Positions 1 to 9,361 of a DNA stretch of 61,307 bases are shown here, in pieces. The first letter of the stretch is position 1. Each line of letters opens with the position of its first letter. This stretch comes from a virus: IMG/VR virus record IMGVR_UViG_3300033475_000023, positions 1-61,307 of that record; one strand, written 5' to 3'. The notes under the pieces were generated by a model. That model saw only the letters and a list, made by a program, of their open reading frames with translations. It ran no database searches and had not been told where the DNA came from. A program made the translations under genes and the position numbers.

Positions 1-121
1 ATATAAAACTGTTCAATACGTGGCTACAAAAACAACCGTTATACACCATAACAGGCCAAATAATAGTTGACAGTTTATTAACTAAAAAGTTCAACTATAC
101 ACAATCGGTTAATCCACCACC
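1..121. repeat. Terminal direct repeat, identical to 61187-61307 (circular-assembly overlap or terminal redundancy; unit length 61186 bp)
   Basis: Read directly: 'atataaaactgttcaatacg...tcggttaatccaccacc' is present at both window ends. Confidence 0.95.
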
Positions 122-1985
122 ACCCCCACCGCCGCCACCACCTGCAACAGCCGGTCAATATAGGTATGACGCAACACAGGCATATAAACTAAATAGTTTT
201 GGTAGCGGGCAAACAATTGGCGGCCCAATGGCACAATTACAAGATAATGACACATTAACAAGTATACAAGAGGGATACGGGCAATTATTAAATACATCTA
301 ACTATTGGATACCACTAACAAATACTACATCAGGCGTAACATTTACGGATATAAAATTATATAGTTATACGGGTAGTGGCGCAACGCCTGTTAATATTTA
401 TGCGTGGAATAATGGTGTTGAAACCCTTTTGGCTTCATTCACAGGTGGAAAATATAAAGCGTGGATAGATTATCCAATTAAAAACGTATTGGCTACAAGG
501 TTGCATATTGTTTATACGATAGGGGGTTCATTGTGGCCTACAGAAATGCGGTTATATGGTGGGTACACATCAAAAGCAATTAGTTATTCAAAACCACCGA
601 CAATAGCATTTAACGATGAATTAGGAGTTAATTCATTTTGGTGGAGTGTATTAAATGCAAATTCGCCAAGCACAATAATTAACCTACCGGCGTTTACATC
701 TACATTTACTGGCATAAGAATGTATTGTGATTGGCAAACAGTAGAACCAAACACAAAGGGTTTAAACACATTTGCACCATCACATTCCGGTAGTTGGAAT
801 ATAGATACAGCACTTTACACGTTAAAGAAAAATGGAATAATAACATTATTTGATATTAAAACACAAGCGCCGTGGATGCAATCAACTTGGCCCAATGGTG
901 GTAATGGAGAAAATATCCCGGTTATGTATATTAATTACCCAAACATAGCTTCACCATCAGCATATAAAGAACAAGCGCGTACGGCGTTTCAAATAGCAGC
1001 CAGGTATGGAGCAACTAAAGTTCCTTTATCAATGCTAACCATTGACAAAACAACACAATGGACAGGAGATAAACCAAACGTAGCGCGTACAGGGTTGAAT
1101 ACATTATCATATATTGAATGCGACAACGAACGTGATAAATGGTGGAAGGGGTTAAACGCCTTTCAAAATGGCTATCAATATGCAGCAAATTTATCAGCTT
1201 TTTATGATGGTGATTTAGGTAAGTTAGGTACAGGGTATGGTGTTAAAACAGCAGACCCAAATATGAAAGTAGTTTACGCCGGTACAGCAGATGTAACACC
1301 TAACGGATTTTTAGCAGCTATACAATGGTGCAAAGATAACCGTGGCGGAAAATTGGCATGGAATGTATTTAATGTGCACGATTATGCAGGTAGGGTAAAC
1401 CCAGAGGCGGGATTAGTTAATTTATTGCCATTGATAAAAATAGCACAACAATACAATATGCCGATATGGTTAACTGAAACAGGGTATGACCAACAATCAG
1501 GAAGTCCAGATCAAGCACCAGCAATAGGAAGCAAAACAACACCAATTGTACAAGCAGATTGGATTTTAAGGACAGTATTATGGGCCGCGCGTAATGGAAT
1601 ATCAAGAACGTTTATATATCAAGACTATGACGGCAACCCAGGCAATCCAACTGTTTATGCCACAAGCGGAATACTAAGCACATCAACACCCACACAAAGG
1701 AAACCGGCGGGGGATTTTTTAGCTCAGGCTAAAACATTAATGGCAGGTTTTAACTTTGTGTCTACAAATGTATCAAATGGGGTTACAGTTGATGTTTATA
1801 AGAATGCAGCAGGTAAAACTTGTGAAGTGTTATTTTTAGCAACGATGACGGGGGCATCTATAAATTTTAATGCCCCTATGGGAACAATTTACACACCAGT
1901 ATCAGGTGCGTCTGTTATGGCATCAAAAGCAACTACAGGTGTGGTAACTGTTACAGAAACACCTATATTTGACATGTTAAATTAA
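1..1985 (+). CDS. Secreted discoidin/CBM32-like plus clan GH-A (TIM-barrel) glycoside hydrolase. This is the body of a gene that starts at 61102 and crosses the junction (join 61102..61307,122..1985; 689 aa)
   Basis: The frame is open from base 3 with no stop back to ATG 61102. Ten Pro codons at 114-143. 'PTEMRLYGG' ends a discoidin-like domain. 'IECDNE' fits an acid/base NE and 'WLTETG' a nucleophile TE, as in GH-A enzymes. Confidence 0.7.
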   Translation, partial: IKLFNTWLQKQPLYTITGQIIVDSLLTKKFNYTQSVNPPPPPPPPPPATAGQYRYDATQAYKLNSFGSGQTIGGPMAQLQDNDTLTSIQEGYGQLLNTSNYWIPLTNTTSGVTFTDIKLYSYTGSGATPVNIYAWNNGVETLLASFTGGKYKAWIDYPIKNVLATRLHIVYTIGGSLWPTEMRLYGGYTSKAISYSKPPTIAFNDELGVNSFWWSVLNANSPSTIINLPAFTSTFTGIRMYCDWQTVEPNTKGLNTFAPSHSGSWNIDTALYTLKKNGIITLFDIKTQAPWMQSTWPNGGNGENIPVMYINYPNIASPSAYKEQARTAFQIAARYGATKVPLSMLTIDKTTQWTGDKPNVARTGLNTLSYIECDNERDKWWKGLNAFQNGYQYAANLSAFYDGDLGKLGTGYGVKTADPNMKVVYAGTADVTPNGFLAAIQWCKDNRGGKLAWNVFNVHDYAGRVNPEAGLVNLLPLIKIAQQYNMPIWLTETGYDQQSGSPDQAPAIGSKTTPIVQADWILRTVLWAARNGISRTFIYQDYDGNPGNPTVYATSGILSTSTPTQRKPAGDFLAQAKTLMAGFNFVSTNVSNGVTVDVYKNAAGKTCEVLFLATMTGASINFNAPMGTIYTPVSGASVMASKATTGVVTVTETPIFDMLN

Positions 1986-2017
1986 GAATTAATATTAACC
2001 TTTAAATAAAATAAAAG

Positions 2018-2503
2018 ATGACAACGCAAAATGAACAAACAAGTATTTTTGAATGGATTTGGAATGAACTGAAAAAGATATTCCCATTCTTAAATACAGA
2101 GGCGCAAAAAATTGCTAATCTCGCCAACGCTATCGTTAATGATATTAAAAACATTGAAGGCGACCCAACATACCAGGCTATTTATACCATTGTAGTTAAT
2201 GCAGTTGAAGCAATAGCGCCGGAACTAAAACCGCTTATTGATGGGCTGATGAACGAATTAAATAAAATATTTTCGTTTATACTTAACATACCAACTTCTA
2301 CAAATGAAAATTTTATAGCATCGCAAGCTGTTACATATCTTAAAAATTCAGGTGATGTGAGCACAACTCTATATGCCGGGTTACACGGTACATTATCAGC
2401 CGTGATACAAGCTTACTTTGCAAACAATACAGGCGTAGAAAATACAGATGCACAATTAATTGTTTCAAGTCAAATTTCTCACCTACAAAATAGTAGAGCA
2501 TAA
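2018..2503 (+). CDS. Hypothetical helical protein
   Basis: ORF track; tight packing between the hydrolase and peptidase genes; no motif recognised. Confidence 0.55.
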   Translation: MTTQNEQTSIFEWIWNELKKIFPFLNTEAQKIANLANAIVNDIKNIEGDPTYQAIYTIVVNAVEAIAPELKPLIDGLMNELNKIFSFILNIPTSTNENFIASQAVTYLKNSGDVSTTLYAGLHGTLSAVIQAYFANNTGVENTDAQLIVSSQISHLQNSRA

Positions 2504-2505
2504 TT

Positions 2506-3294
2506 ATGGAAACGAAAAGAATATATGGGTGGAAAAAGGCACAGCCGGATGAACGGAATTTTAAATATGCTAAAATGGCTATGGTTAAAGATCAGCAAAC
2601 AAGCCTTCCACCATCAGCTGATTTAAGCCATTTGATAAAAGAGGTATTAGATCAGGGCCAATTAGGTTCATGTACCGCAAATGCAGGCGCGCAATTAGTT
2701 AGAATGCTTTTAAGTATTTGCAATAAACCTGATTTTTTACCATCGAGATTAGCTATTTATTACGAAGAACGCAAAGCAGACGGCGATATAAACGAAGATG
2801 GCGGGTCAACAATAACTCAATGCTTTAAAGTGCTTTCAAAAATAGGTGCATTCCCGGAAAGTGAATGGCCTTATGATATTGAAAAGTTCAAAAAAGCACC
2901 GCCGGTAGCAAGCGTAAAAGAAGGATTAAATACTTTGATTGATACATACCAACAGTTGGACAACACAAACTTGGAAGAAATAAAAACATGTTTAGCAGCA
3001 GGCTTTCCAATAGAGTTTGGATTTACAGTTTATCCAGGCTTTGAAAGCCCAACAACAGCTAAGACAGGTTTAGTACCTATGCCAACCAAAAGTCAACAGC
3101 CATTAGGTGGACATGCAAATGTAATTGTAGGTTATGATGACAATAAAAAAGTACATGGGCACAAGGGGGCGTTTAAATGTATCAACTCTTGGAGTTCGCA
3201 ATGGGGGCTACAGGGCTTTTATTTTATTCCATACAGTTACTTAACTAATGAAAATTTAGCAAGTGACTTTTGGACTGCCAGGCTTGTTTCATAG
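2506..3294 (+). CDS. Papain-like (C1 family) cysteine peptidase
   Basis: 'QGQLGSCTANAG' (Gln/Cys), 'GGHANVIVGYDD' (His) and 'INSWSSQWGLQGFYFI' (Asn-Ser-Trp) occur in canonical order. Confidence 0.8.
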   Translation: METKRIYGWKKAQPDERNFKYAKMAMVKDQQTSLPPSADLSHLIKEVLDQGQLGSCTANAGAQLVRMLLSICNKPDFLPSRLAIYYEERKADGDINEDGGSTITQCFKVLSKIGAFPESEWPYDIEKFKKAPPVASVKEGLNTLIDTYQQLDNTNLEEIKTCLAAGFPIEFGFTVYPGFESPTTAKTGLVPMPTKSQQPLGGHANVIVGYDDNKKVHGHKGAFKCINSWSSQWGLQGFYFIPYSYLTNENLASDFWTARLVS

Positions 3295-3318
3295 GGTTAA
3301 TAATTGGTTAGTAAAAAA

Positions 3319-3346
3319 GGCCGCTTTAATTGGCGGCTTTTTTGTT
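3319..3346 (+). terminator. Rho-independent terminator
   Basis: gccgc / gcggc stem followed by a T-run ('ggccgctttaattggcggcttttttg'). Confidence 0.6.
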
Positions 3347-3392
3347 TTAACTTTATATCGTGAATAGGCGGTTAAGATTTAAAAATAAAGAT

Positions 3393-4028
3393 ATGATACA
3401 GGGAATAGACATCAGCCATAGGGATAATCCAATTAACTGGAAGAAAATTTCACCAGACATAAAATTTGTGTTTGCAAAAGCAGCAGAGGGGGCAACCTAC
3501 AAAGACCCAATGTTTGATAAATATTGGCAAATATTAAAGGCAACTACGCTTATACGCGGAGCATATATGTTTTGGAATTGCACAGCAACACCGCAACAGC
3601 ATATAGATAATCTACTTTCTTTAAATATAGACTTTTCAAAAAAAGGCGTATTACCATTAATGCTCGATATTGAAAATCAAAAAACAACAGAATTAGATAA
3701 AATGGTTGCACAAAACGCTTGTAAATATGTAGGCGAAATAAGTGAACTACTTTGTTTGATAAAACAACATACAGGCAGGGAAGCAATTGTATATTCAGAC
3801 CCATCTTATTTTAAAGACTATCTAAATTCAGCATCATGGCCCAATTCTCCTTTGTGGCTTGCAGCAATACAGGCAGAACCGCCGAAACCAATTAAGGGGT
3901 ATAGTAAGGTCACTTTTTGGCAAAACAGTTGGAACGGGCTTATAAATGGCGAATTAACAGGTGGTAACTTAGATATGAATTATTTTTTAGGGACATTAAC
4001 AGATTTACAAACATTAGCAAATTTTTAA
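3393..4028 (+). CDS. GH25 muramidase (endolysin). ATG 3393 is preferred over the upstream GTG 3360
   Basis: 'IQGIDISH..INW..FVFAKAAEGATYKDPMFDKYW...RGAYMF' matches the GH25 N-terminal signature. Confidence 0.85.
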   Translation: MIQGIDISHRDNPINWKKISPDIKFVFAKAAEGATYKDPMFDKYWQILKATTLIRGAYMFWNCTATPQQHIDNLLSLNIDFSKKGVLPLMLDIENQKTTELDKMVAQNACKYVGEISELLCLIKQHTGREAIVYSDPSYFKDYLNSASWPNSPLWLAAIQAEPPKPIKGYSKVTFWQNSWNGLINGELTGGNLDMNYFLGTLTDLQTLANF

Positions 4029-4032
4029 AATT

Positions 4033-4284
4033 ATGACAGCAACATCATGGAAAACCACATCAGCCGGGATTGTGATGATAGTGGGAGCACTGGTAGGACT
4101 TTTTTTCGCCTATAAAAACAATGCGTTAAACGAAACAAATATTATGGCAGGCGTGACAGCAATATTAGGCGGGATTGGTTTAATATTCTCAAAAGATGCA
4201 GATGTGACAGGCGGGACTAAATTAAACCACAAAAATGATGCTTCGGTAGTTAAGCAATCAGCGGCACACGACAAGGGAATTTAA
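4033..4284 (+). CDS. Holin-like small membrane protein (2 TM)
   Basis: 83 aa with two hydrophobic helices ('GIVMIVGALVGLFFA', 'MAGVTAILGGIGLIF'); starts 4 nt after the endolysin. Confidence 0.5.
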   Translation: MTATSWKTTSAGIVMIVGALVGLFFAYKNNALNETNIMAGVTAILGGIGLIFSKDADVTGGTKLNHKNDASVVKQSAAHDKGI

Positions 4285-4303
4285 ATAAACCACACGTTAA
4301 GCA

Positions 4304-4333
4304 AAGCCTCTTTAATCAAAGGGGCTTTTTTAT
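4304..4333 (+). terminator. Rho-independent terminator
   Basis: 'agcctcttt aatc aaaggggct' stem followed by a T-run. Confidence 0.6.
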
Positions 4334-4345
4334 TTGCTAAAATAT

Positions 4346-4377
4346 TTTGGTTTAATAAAAATAATTTTATACTTTTG
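4346..4377 (+). promoter_or_regulatory. Bacteroidota-type promoter (TTTG-N20-TActTTTG)
   Basis: TTTG at 4346-4349 and TACTTTTG at 4370-4377, about 20 nt upstream of ATG 4396. Confidence 0.5.
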
Positions 4378-4395
4378 TTATGAACAAAAAAGGAT

Positions 4396-4674
4396 ATGAT
4401 TTATACTCACCAAGATTTTAAAGCTATAGTGGCTTTAAATAGTAAGTTTGTACGTAAAGAATTAAATTTAACTCAGCAACAATTAGCAGAATTAGTAAAT
4501 ACTAAACGTGCAAACATTGGCGCTATTGAGGAACAACGCGCATTATCACTTGAAATAATTAATCAAATAGCTTTTTTATACGATGTCTCATTGGATGTAT
4601 TTCTTAAAGAAAATCTTAATGATTATAAGTTTTTTTGTGAAAAAAGAAAGCCCGGTGTTGAAACCAGGCTTTGA
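4396..4674 (+). CDS. XRE/Cro-CI family HTH transcriptional regulator
   Basis: 'LNLTQQQLAELVNTKRANIGAIEEQR' is a typical HTH_3 motif. Confidence 0.75.
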   Translation: MIYTHQDFKAIVALNSKFVRKELNLTQQQLAELVNTKRANIGAIEEQRALSLEIINQIAFLYDVSLDVFLKENLNDYKFFCEKRKPGVETRL

Positions 4675-4753
4675 ACAAAAAGGCACTTTTAAAAAGGTGA
4701 CCGAGCGGTCATGCTTATTAAAGTATAATGCAAAAATAGCAAAATAAAACAAT

Positions 4754-4945
4754 ATGGGTAGGAAAATTAAGGTAACAGATGAAGTTAAAGTCATAAACCC
4801 ACTATCAAAATTAAAAGACCTTGAGGGGAAAGTTGTTGAGATAAAGGAATACGCGCCTGCATGGGCCTTTGTTGTTGACCTTAAGGAATATGGCAAATGG
4901 TCATTTAGAGAAATAGATATAGAACTTAAAAAACAAAATAAATAA
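4754..4945 (+). CDS. Hypothetical protein
   Basis: ORF track; gene packing. Confidence 0.5.
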   Translation: MGRKIKVTDEVKVINPLSKLKDLEGKVVEIKEYAPAWAFVVDLKEYGKWSFREIDIELKKQNK

Positions 4946-4949
4946 CAAT

Positions 4950-5471
4950 ATGAAAAAGGGAGATTTAATAAAAGCAAAAGCAGGCAGTAATGTTGATGTA
5001 TTACCAGGTTTAGGGATTGTAATTGATGTTAGTTTAGATTGCAGCTTAGCAACTATCAGGCCAGAAGGAAGTATGGAAGAATATGTTGTATTTACAGATA
5101 TATTAGAGTTATACAAAACACCAGAAACCGAAACAAAAGTAACTACAGCCAATGTAAGGGTAATGATAAGCCATAATTATTCGAATTTTGAGGTGGCAAT
5201 GCAGCTTGAAAATGTAAACGGCATAAACCCAACTGAAATAGAGTTGGCACGTATGGACTGCCAAAGGCTTGCAACAGATGCGGTAGACCAGTATAAAAAC
5301 GCAAATGCAGCAACACCGGCGCAAGAAATTGAGCGCCTTGAAAATAAGATAGCAGACATTAAAGCAACTATTGGTAAACACAAAGAAGTTACAGACCCTA
5401 TAGAAGTTGCCAAGATTGAAAACTTGCCTTTATACGATGGCAAAAGAACAGAAGCTAAGGAGAAAAAATAA
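4950..5471 (+). CDS. Hypothetical protein
   Basis: ORF track; its stop overlaps the next start (TAATG). Confidence 0.55.
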   Translation: MKKGDLIKAKAGSNVDVLPGLGIVIDVSLDCSLATIRPEGSMEEYVVFTDILELYKTPETETKVTTANVRVMISHNYSNFEVAMQLENVNGINPTEIELARMDCQRLATDAVDQYKNANAATPAQEIERLENKIADIKATIGKHKEVTDPIEVAKIENLPLYDGKRTEAKEKK

Positions 5472-6232
5472 TGGCAGAAGTAGATATTTCACAGTTCATA
5501 AAGCCACATACAGAAGCGTGGTACGCGGCCCGGCGTGAACGGCTTACAAGTTCTGAAATACATAAGATATTTGTAAGTGGGCAAAAAAAAGGTCAGTTAA
5601 TAGGCCAGGGCGGTATGACCTATGTAAATAAGATAATAGCCCAAATATTAACAGGTGAGGTTAAAGAAACACCAGAAACGCCCGCTATATTATGGGGATT
5701 AACAGAAGAACATGATGCCAAGCTAAAGTATCAGATTAAAACAAATCAGATAGTAGAAGACAGCTTTTTCGTAGCCTATAGCACCATATTAGGCGGTACA
5801 AATGATGGCTATGTTAAAGAAAACAATAAGCTTAAATCTATTATTGAAATAAAGAACCCGGATAGCGCAAAACACATACAGATTTTAAGATGTTTGGATT
5901 GGAGTGATTTAAAAGATGTTGACGCGCAATATTATCACCAACCCCAGGCTAACATGATGTTTTGCGATGCTGAGTATTGTGACTTTATCAGCCATGACAG
6001 TAGAATAAAATACCCTGATTTACAATTGAAAATAATGCGTATTTATCCTTCAATGTTTTGGCGTAGGGAATTTACAGAACGTATAGATTTTGTAGCTGAC
6101 TACATGAATGAAACACTGCAAAGAGCTTTACAAACACCAGAGTTAAACGAAGCTTTTAGGGTTGCAGATAAAATAAAAGCCATAGATAATTTAGTGAACG
6201 CTATGGAAAGTGTTAAACAAATAGCAAAATAG
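5471..6232 (+). CDS. YqaJ-like (lambda Exo family, PD-(D/E)xK) recombination exonuclease
   Basis: N-terminal 'EAWYAARRERLTSSEIHKIF' fits the YqaJ signature; 'NDGYV...IIEIKNP' fits the nuclease core. Confidence 0.6.
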   Translation: MAEVDISQFIKPHTEAWYAARRERLTSSEIHKIFVSGQKKGQLIGQGGMTYVNKIIAQILTGEVKETPETPAILWGLTEEHDAKLKYQIKTNQIVEDSFFVAYSTILGGTNDGYVKENNKLKSIIEIKNPDSAKHIQILRCLDWSDLKDVDAQYYHQPQANMMFCDAEYCDFISHDSRIKYPDLQLKIMRIYPSMFWRREFTERIDFVADYMNETLQRALQTPELNEAFRVADKIKAIDNLVNAMESVKQIAK

Positions 6233-6233
6233 A

Positions 6234-6533
6234 ATGATTTATATGGAAGGGATATTTGAATGCGTTTCACATTCACCTTTAGATGAAATGGATACAAAGC
6301 CACCATTTAATACTGCTTTTACGATCAATAAATTCTTAAAAAAGGGAGCATTTGTTGGTGTAAATACAGAAGGGAGAAACGTATCAACGGCATGTGATTG
6401 TGTTACATTGAATGAATTACACAATAGAATTTGGAAAGGCATAGTTGTTCCGTTTCCATTTTCGTGTTTCAGAGAAATACAAATGCCTAAACACATAAAA
6501 GAAATTGTAGAACAAGAATTTGAATTAACATGA
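6234..6533 (+). CDS. Hypothetical protein
   Basis: ORF track; gene packing. Confidence 0.5.
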   Translation: MIYMEGIFECVSHSPLDEMDTKPPFNTAFTINKFLKKGAFVGVNTEGRNVSTACDCVTLNELHNRIWKGIVVPFPFSCFREIQMPKHIKEIVEQEFELT

Positions 6534-6907
6534 ACGAACAATATTTCAACACAAAACGTGAACGTGATGAATGGCTTGAATTACACGAAAAGAAAGTTGA
6601 AAAGCCAAAAGGAGAAAATAAAGCACATTGGACAAAGGCAGAAAAGAACTTTTTATTAAATAATGGTGCAGCAGAAAGTTTAACTCAATTAAACAGAAGT
6701 GAAAAAGCCATAAGCCGAAAGCTAAAGCAATTAACAAAAGATACAGAAATTAAGTTAAAAAGGAAAAATAGTATTCAAAAGCGTATTAAATTCCAAGATG
6801 ACGTTGGAGAAATTTTGCAATTGAATTACAAGAATGATTATTCACACCATGAAAAAATGCCGACTTATAAATCAAGCGTACCAATAAGAAGTTTGCTTCA
6901 TAAATAA
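6530..6907 (+). CDS. Hypothetical basic protein
   Basis: ORF track; ATGA overlap with the upstream gene. Confidence 0.5.
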   Translation: MNEQYFNTKRERDEWLELHEKKVEKPKGENKAHWTKAEKNFLLNNGAAESLTQLNRSEKAISRKLKQLTKDTEIKLKRKNSIQKRIKFQDDVGEILQLNYKNDYSHHEKMPTYKSSVPIRSLLHK

Positions 6908-6925
6908 AACATTTTTATAACTTTA
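6892..6925 (+). promoter_or_regulatory. Candidate promoter (TTTG ... TAacTTTA). Its core 'tttttataactttacaaa' recurs at about 17776-17793
   Basis: Boxes read at 6892-6895 and 6918-6925; the spacer (22 nt) is slightly long. Confidence 0.35.
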
Positions 6926-6944
6926 CAAACGAACAAAAAAGGCA

Positions 6945-7559
6945 ATGAGAAAGAAAAAGGCAAAAGACCAAGCGGTTGAGAATTTAATCAACTTTCTTAA
7001 TCAGGTTAAATTATTTTCAGACATGCGAAACAGTGCTAAACTACATACCATATCATCGATAGCAAAGGACTTTAGCGTGTCATCAACAGCCGGGGCAGCC
7101 ATTAAGCAACTTAAAATAATAAAGCAAGAAGATACTTATACCTGGTATTGGATAGCCAAAGAACCAAGTAAAGAAATGGCTTTATTGGTACTTGATAACC
7201 TGCTTCACAGAAATAAAAAAGCATCCGACATAGCATTTCCTGAATTAGAGGCCATATCTAAGCAACTTTCAATTATTTCGGAGAGCATGGCACAAAGTAC
7301 GGCTCAAAATAATATTGTCTTAAATCGCATAAAAAGTGGCAATAAAAGCCTTGACAAATCAGAGAAAAGTTTTCATAATGAATTAGATTTATTTTCAGAA
7401 CAACAAAATAAACAAAGAGATAGGATTTATATTGCAGGGCAAATAGCATCAAGGCTTTATCCAAACGGGGTAGAAAATCTTTATTTAAATGAAATAAAAC
7501 TTATAAACTCACATATAGTTTCAGCTACCGATGATCTTTTAAAACAACTTAATAATTAA
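6945..7559 (+). CDS. Hypothetical protein
   Basis: ORF track. Confidence 0.55.
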   Translation: MRKKKAKDQAVENLINFLNQVKLFSDMRNSAKLHTISSIAKDFSVSSTAGAAIKQLKIIKQEDTYTWYWIAKEPSKEMALLVLDNLLHRNKKASDIAFPELEAISKQLSIISESMAQSTAQNNIVLNRIKSGNKSLDKSEKSFHNELDLFSEQQNKQRDRIYIAGQIASRLYPNGVENLYLNEIKLINSHIVSATDDLLKQLNN

Positions 7560-7562
7560 AAA

Positions 7563-7850
7563 ATGGAATATTTAAAATACGTTGGAATATGTTATGCCAT
7601 TATAGGCTTAATATATGCTATAACTTTATTCATAGTGAGGCCAAAGCAGTTTTATAATTATTGGCTTTCAGGGTTTTTAAAGGACGTACTTTTATTTTTA
7701 ATGTGTATATCACTTTGGCCGGTATGGTTATTACTTTCAAAGTTTAAATATGACATAGCCAAACATGAAGCGAGAATAAAAGCAGCACAAGAACCCAAAA
7801 AAGAACCTAAAATAGTTAGAGAAGGGCCTCAACCAGTAAGAACAAATTAA
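7563..7850 (+). CDS. Small membrane protein (2-3 TM)
   Basis: Hydrophobic segments 'VGICYAIIGLIYAITLFIV' and 'VLLFLMCISLWPVWLLL'. Confidence 0.55.
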   Translation: MEYLKYVGICYAIIGLIYAITLFIVRPKQFYNYWLSGFLKDVLLFLMCISLWPVWLLLSKFKYDIAKHEARIKAAQEPKKEPKIVREGPQPVRTN

Positions 7851-7851
7851 T

Positions 7852-8157
7852 ATGGAAATAAACGGCAAAAAAATACAAGAAACATTCAGTTATTACAATG
7901 TACTGGTAGAGAAAAATGAACCTAATTTAAATCTGCCTCAATCGGTTCCTGTAGTAAGAGATTATCAATTAGATAAAGTTATTGGTATTGCAAAGCCAAG
8001 ATATTTAAACGGTGGAATATTGTGCGATATTTTTGTTTTTGATGATTGTCAAGGACTTTTTCCAGGCATTGGATTTAATACACATCCGCACAATAACATG
8101 CTTTTTTTAAGTATTGGAACCGAACACAATATAGACCACGATATTCAAAAATTATAA
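7852..8157 (+). CDS. Hypothetical protein
   Basis: ORF track. Confidence 0.5.
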   Translation: MEINGKKIQETFSYYNVLVEKNEPNLNLPQSVPVVRDYQLDKVIGIAKPRYLNGGILCDIFVFDDCQGLFPGIGFNTHPHNNMLFLSIGTEHNIDHDIQKL

Positions 8158-8174
8158 TTTTAAATCAATTAAAA

Positions 8175-8753
8175 ATGAGCAACACAGCACCAAGCAGCAC
8201 AGCAATCCCAAAATGGATAAAGTCAGTCCACTTTCTGGACAAGAAAAAAAGTAAAAAAACAAAAATTGGCTACAATGAACGCTATAAGCCTACCAATTCA
8301 GAGGATATTATTACCAGTGAATTGCAGGGCACAAGCGATCAGATACGTCACCCGGCGTTTGACAGGGCAATGGAAGTATTTGCAGTACACGCAGTAATAC
8401 GTACCGGCTTTGAAGAGCCAAAAGACAGGCATGGAAAAGCAATAGACGAAGATTGGTTCAAAGAACATTTGTATGAAGATGATGAACGCTTCAATACAGT
8501 AAAAGTCACCGGGATAATTATAACAAGCAAAAGCGGCGCGGATAAGTTCCAGATACTTTATGAAAAAGAAGCTGAGGACGGCGCTATCAGCAAGATTAAA
8601 TCACCATCAATATCGTTAATAAAGGTTGATGGATGGAACTATTCATTGCAGGCATTTGCACAAAAGCATTTGGAAACATTACTTATTGAAGCAGCCGAGT
8701 TTCACAAAGGTAAAAGCGCAAACGGTCAGTTGACGATGAAGCTTGTCGCCTAA
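8175..8753 (+). CDS. Hypothetical protein
   Basis: ORF track; followed by a terminator. Confidence 0.55.
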   Translation: MSNTAPSSTAIPKWIKSVHFLDKKKSKKTKIGYNERYKPTNSEDIITSELQGTSDQIRHPAFDRAMEVFAVHAVIRTGFEEPKDRHGKAIDEDWFKEHLYEDDERFNTVKVTGIIITSKSGADKFQILYEKEAEDGAISKIKSPSISLIKVDGWNYSLQAFAQKHLETLLIEAAEFHKGKSANGQLTMKLVA

Positions 8754-8778
8754 CAATTTTTAAACTGAACACTTACCG

Positions 8779-8804
8779 GCCCGGCTAACAACCGGGCTTT
8801 TTTA
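8779..8804 (+). terminator. Rho-independent terminator
   Basis: gcccgg / ccgggc stem followed by TTTTTT. Confidence 0.7.
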
Positions 8805-8815
8805 TCCTTTTAAAA

Positions 8816-9361
8816 ATGGGAGCTGATTATTATTTAGAATTAAAAAATGACTTAATAGCATTGGGGTATAAACACGAAATAGATTGGCAAACAAATTTAC
8901 AGCCAGTAAGTGACGCGTTTGTATTCAGGAATGAATGTATTTGGGTAATATTAAACAGCGGGCTGAAAGAACAAATTGCACGTTCAATTTGGAATAGCAT
9001 TCAAAGCGCGTGGGCACACGGGTTTAATACAGATTTTGCTTTTAAACACCCAGGCAAAGTAAAAGCAATTGATTTTATAAGAGAAAACTATGAAGCTATT
9101 TTTGACGGTTATTGTACATCACTTGATAGATTAACATATCTGCAAAACATACCGTTTATAGGGCCAATAACCAAATATCATTTGGCTAAAAACTTAGGCT
9201 ATGATGTAGTAAAACCTGACAGGCATTTAGTAAGAATTGCCAAAGAATACGGGTATGATAATCCAACTGAACTATGTAATTCAATAAGCGCTGCAACAGG
9301 CGATAAAATATGCGTAGTTGATTTGGTTCTTTGGAGAAGCGCTAATTTGGGTTTATTATGA
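8816..9361 (+). CDS. HhH-GPD superfamily (endonuclease III-like) DNA glycosylase-like protein
   Basis: 'ECIWVILNSGLKEQIA' resembles the N-terminal helix motif. 'IPFIGPITKYHLAKNLGYDVVKPDRHLVRIA' reads as hairpin-helix plus Asp. 'VDLVLWRSANLG' closes the pattern. Confidence 0.5.
   Translation: MGADYYLELKNDLIALGYKHEIDWQTNLQPVSDAFVFRNECIWVILNSGLKEQIARSIWNSIQSAWAHGFNTDFAFKHPGKVKAIDFIRENYEAIFDGYCTSLDRLTYLQNIPFIGPITKYHLAKNLGYDVVKPDRHLVRIAKEYGYDNPTELCNSISAATGDKICVVDLVLWRSANLGLL

Noticed and set aside
114-143. C/A-rich low-complexity tract 'ccaccaccacccccaccgccgccaccaccacct', considered as a possible simple repeat or regulatory tract
   Set aside because: It is in frame and encodes ten prolines linking two domains of the junction-spanning hydrolase.
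4698-4711. Inverted repeat TGACC-N4-GGTCA downstream of the XRE regulator gene, considered as a possible operator
   Set aside because: It is a single short palindrome with no second copy near the promoters, which is not enough evidence. It could equally be a weak hairpin after the gene.
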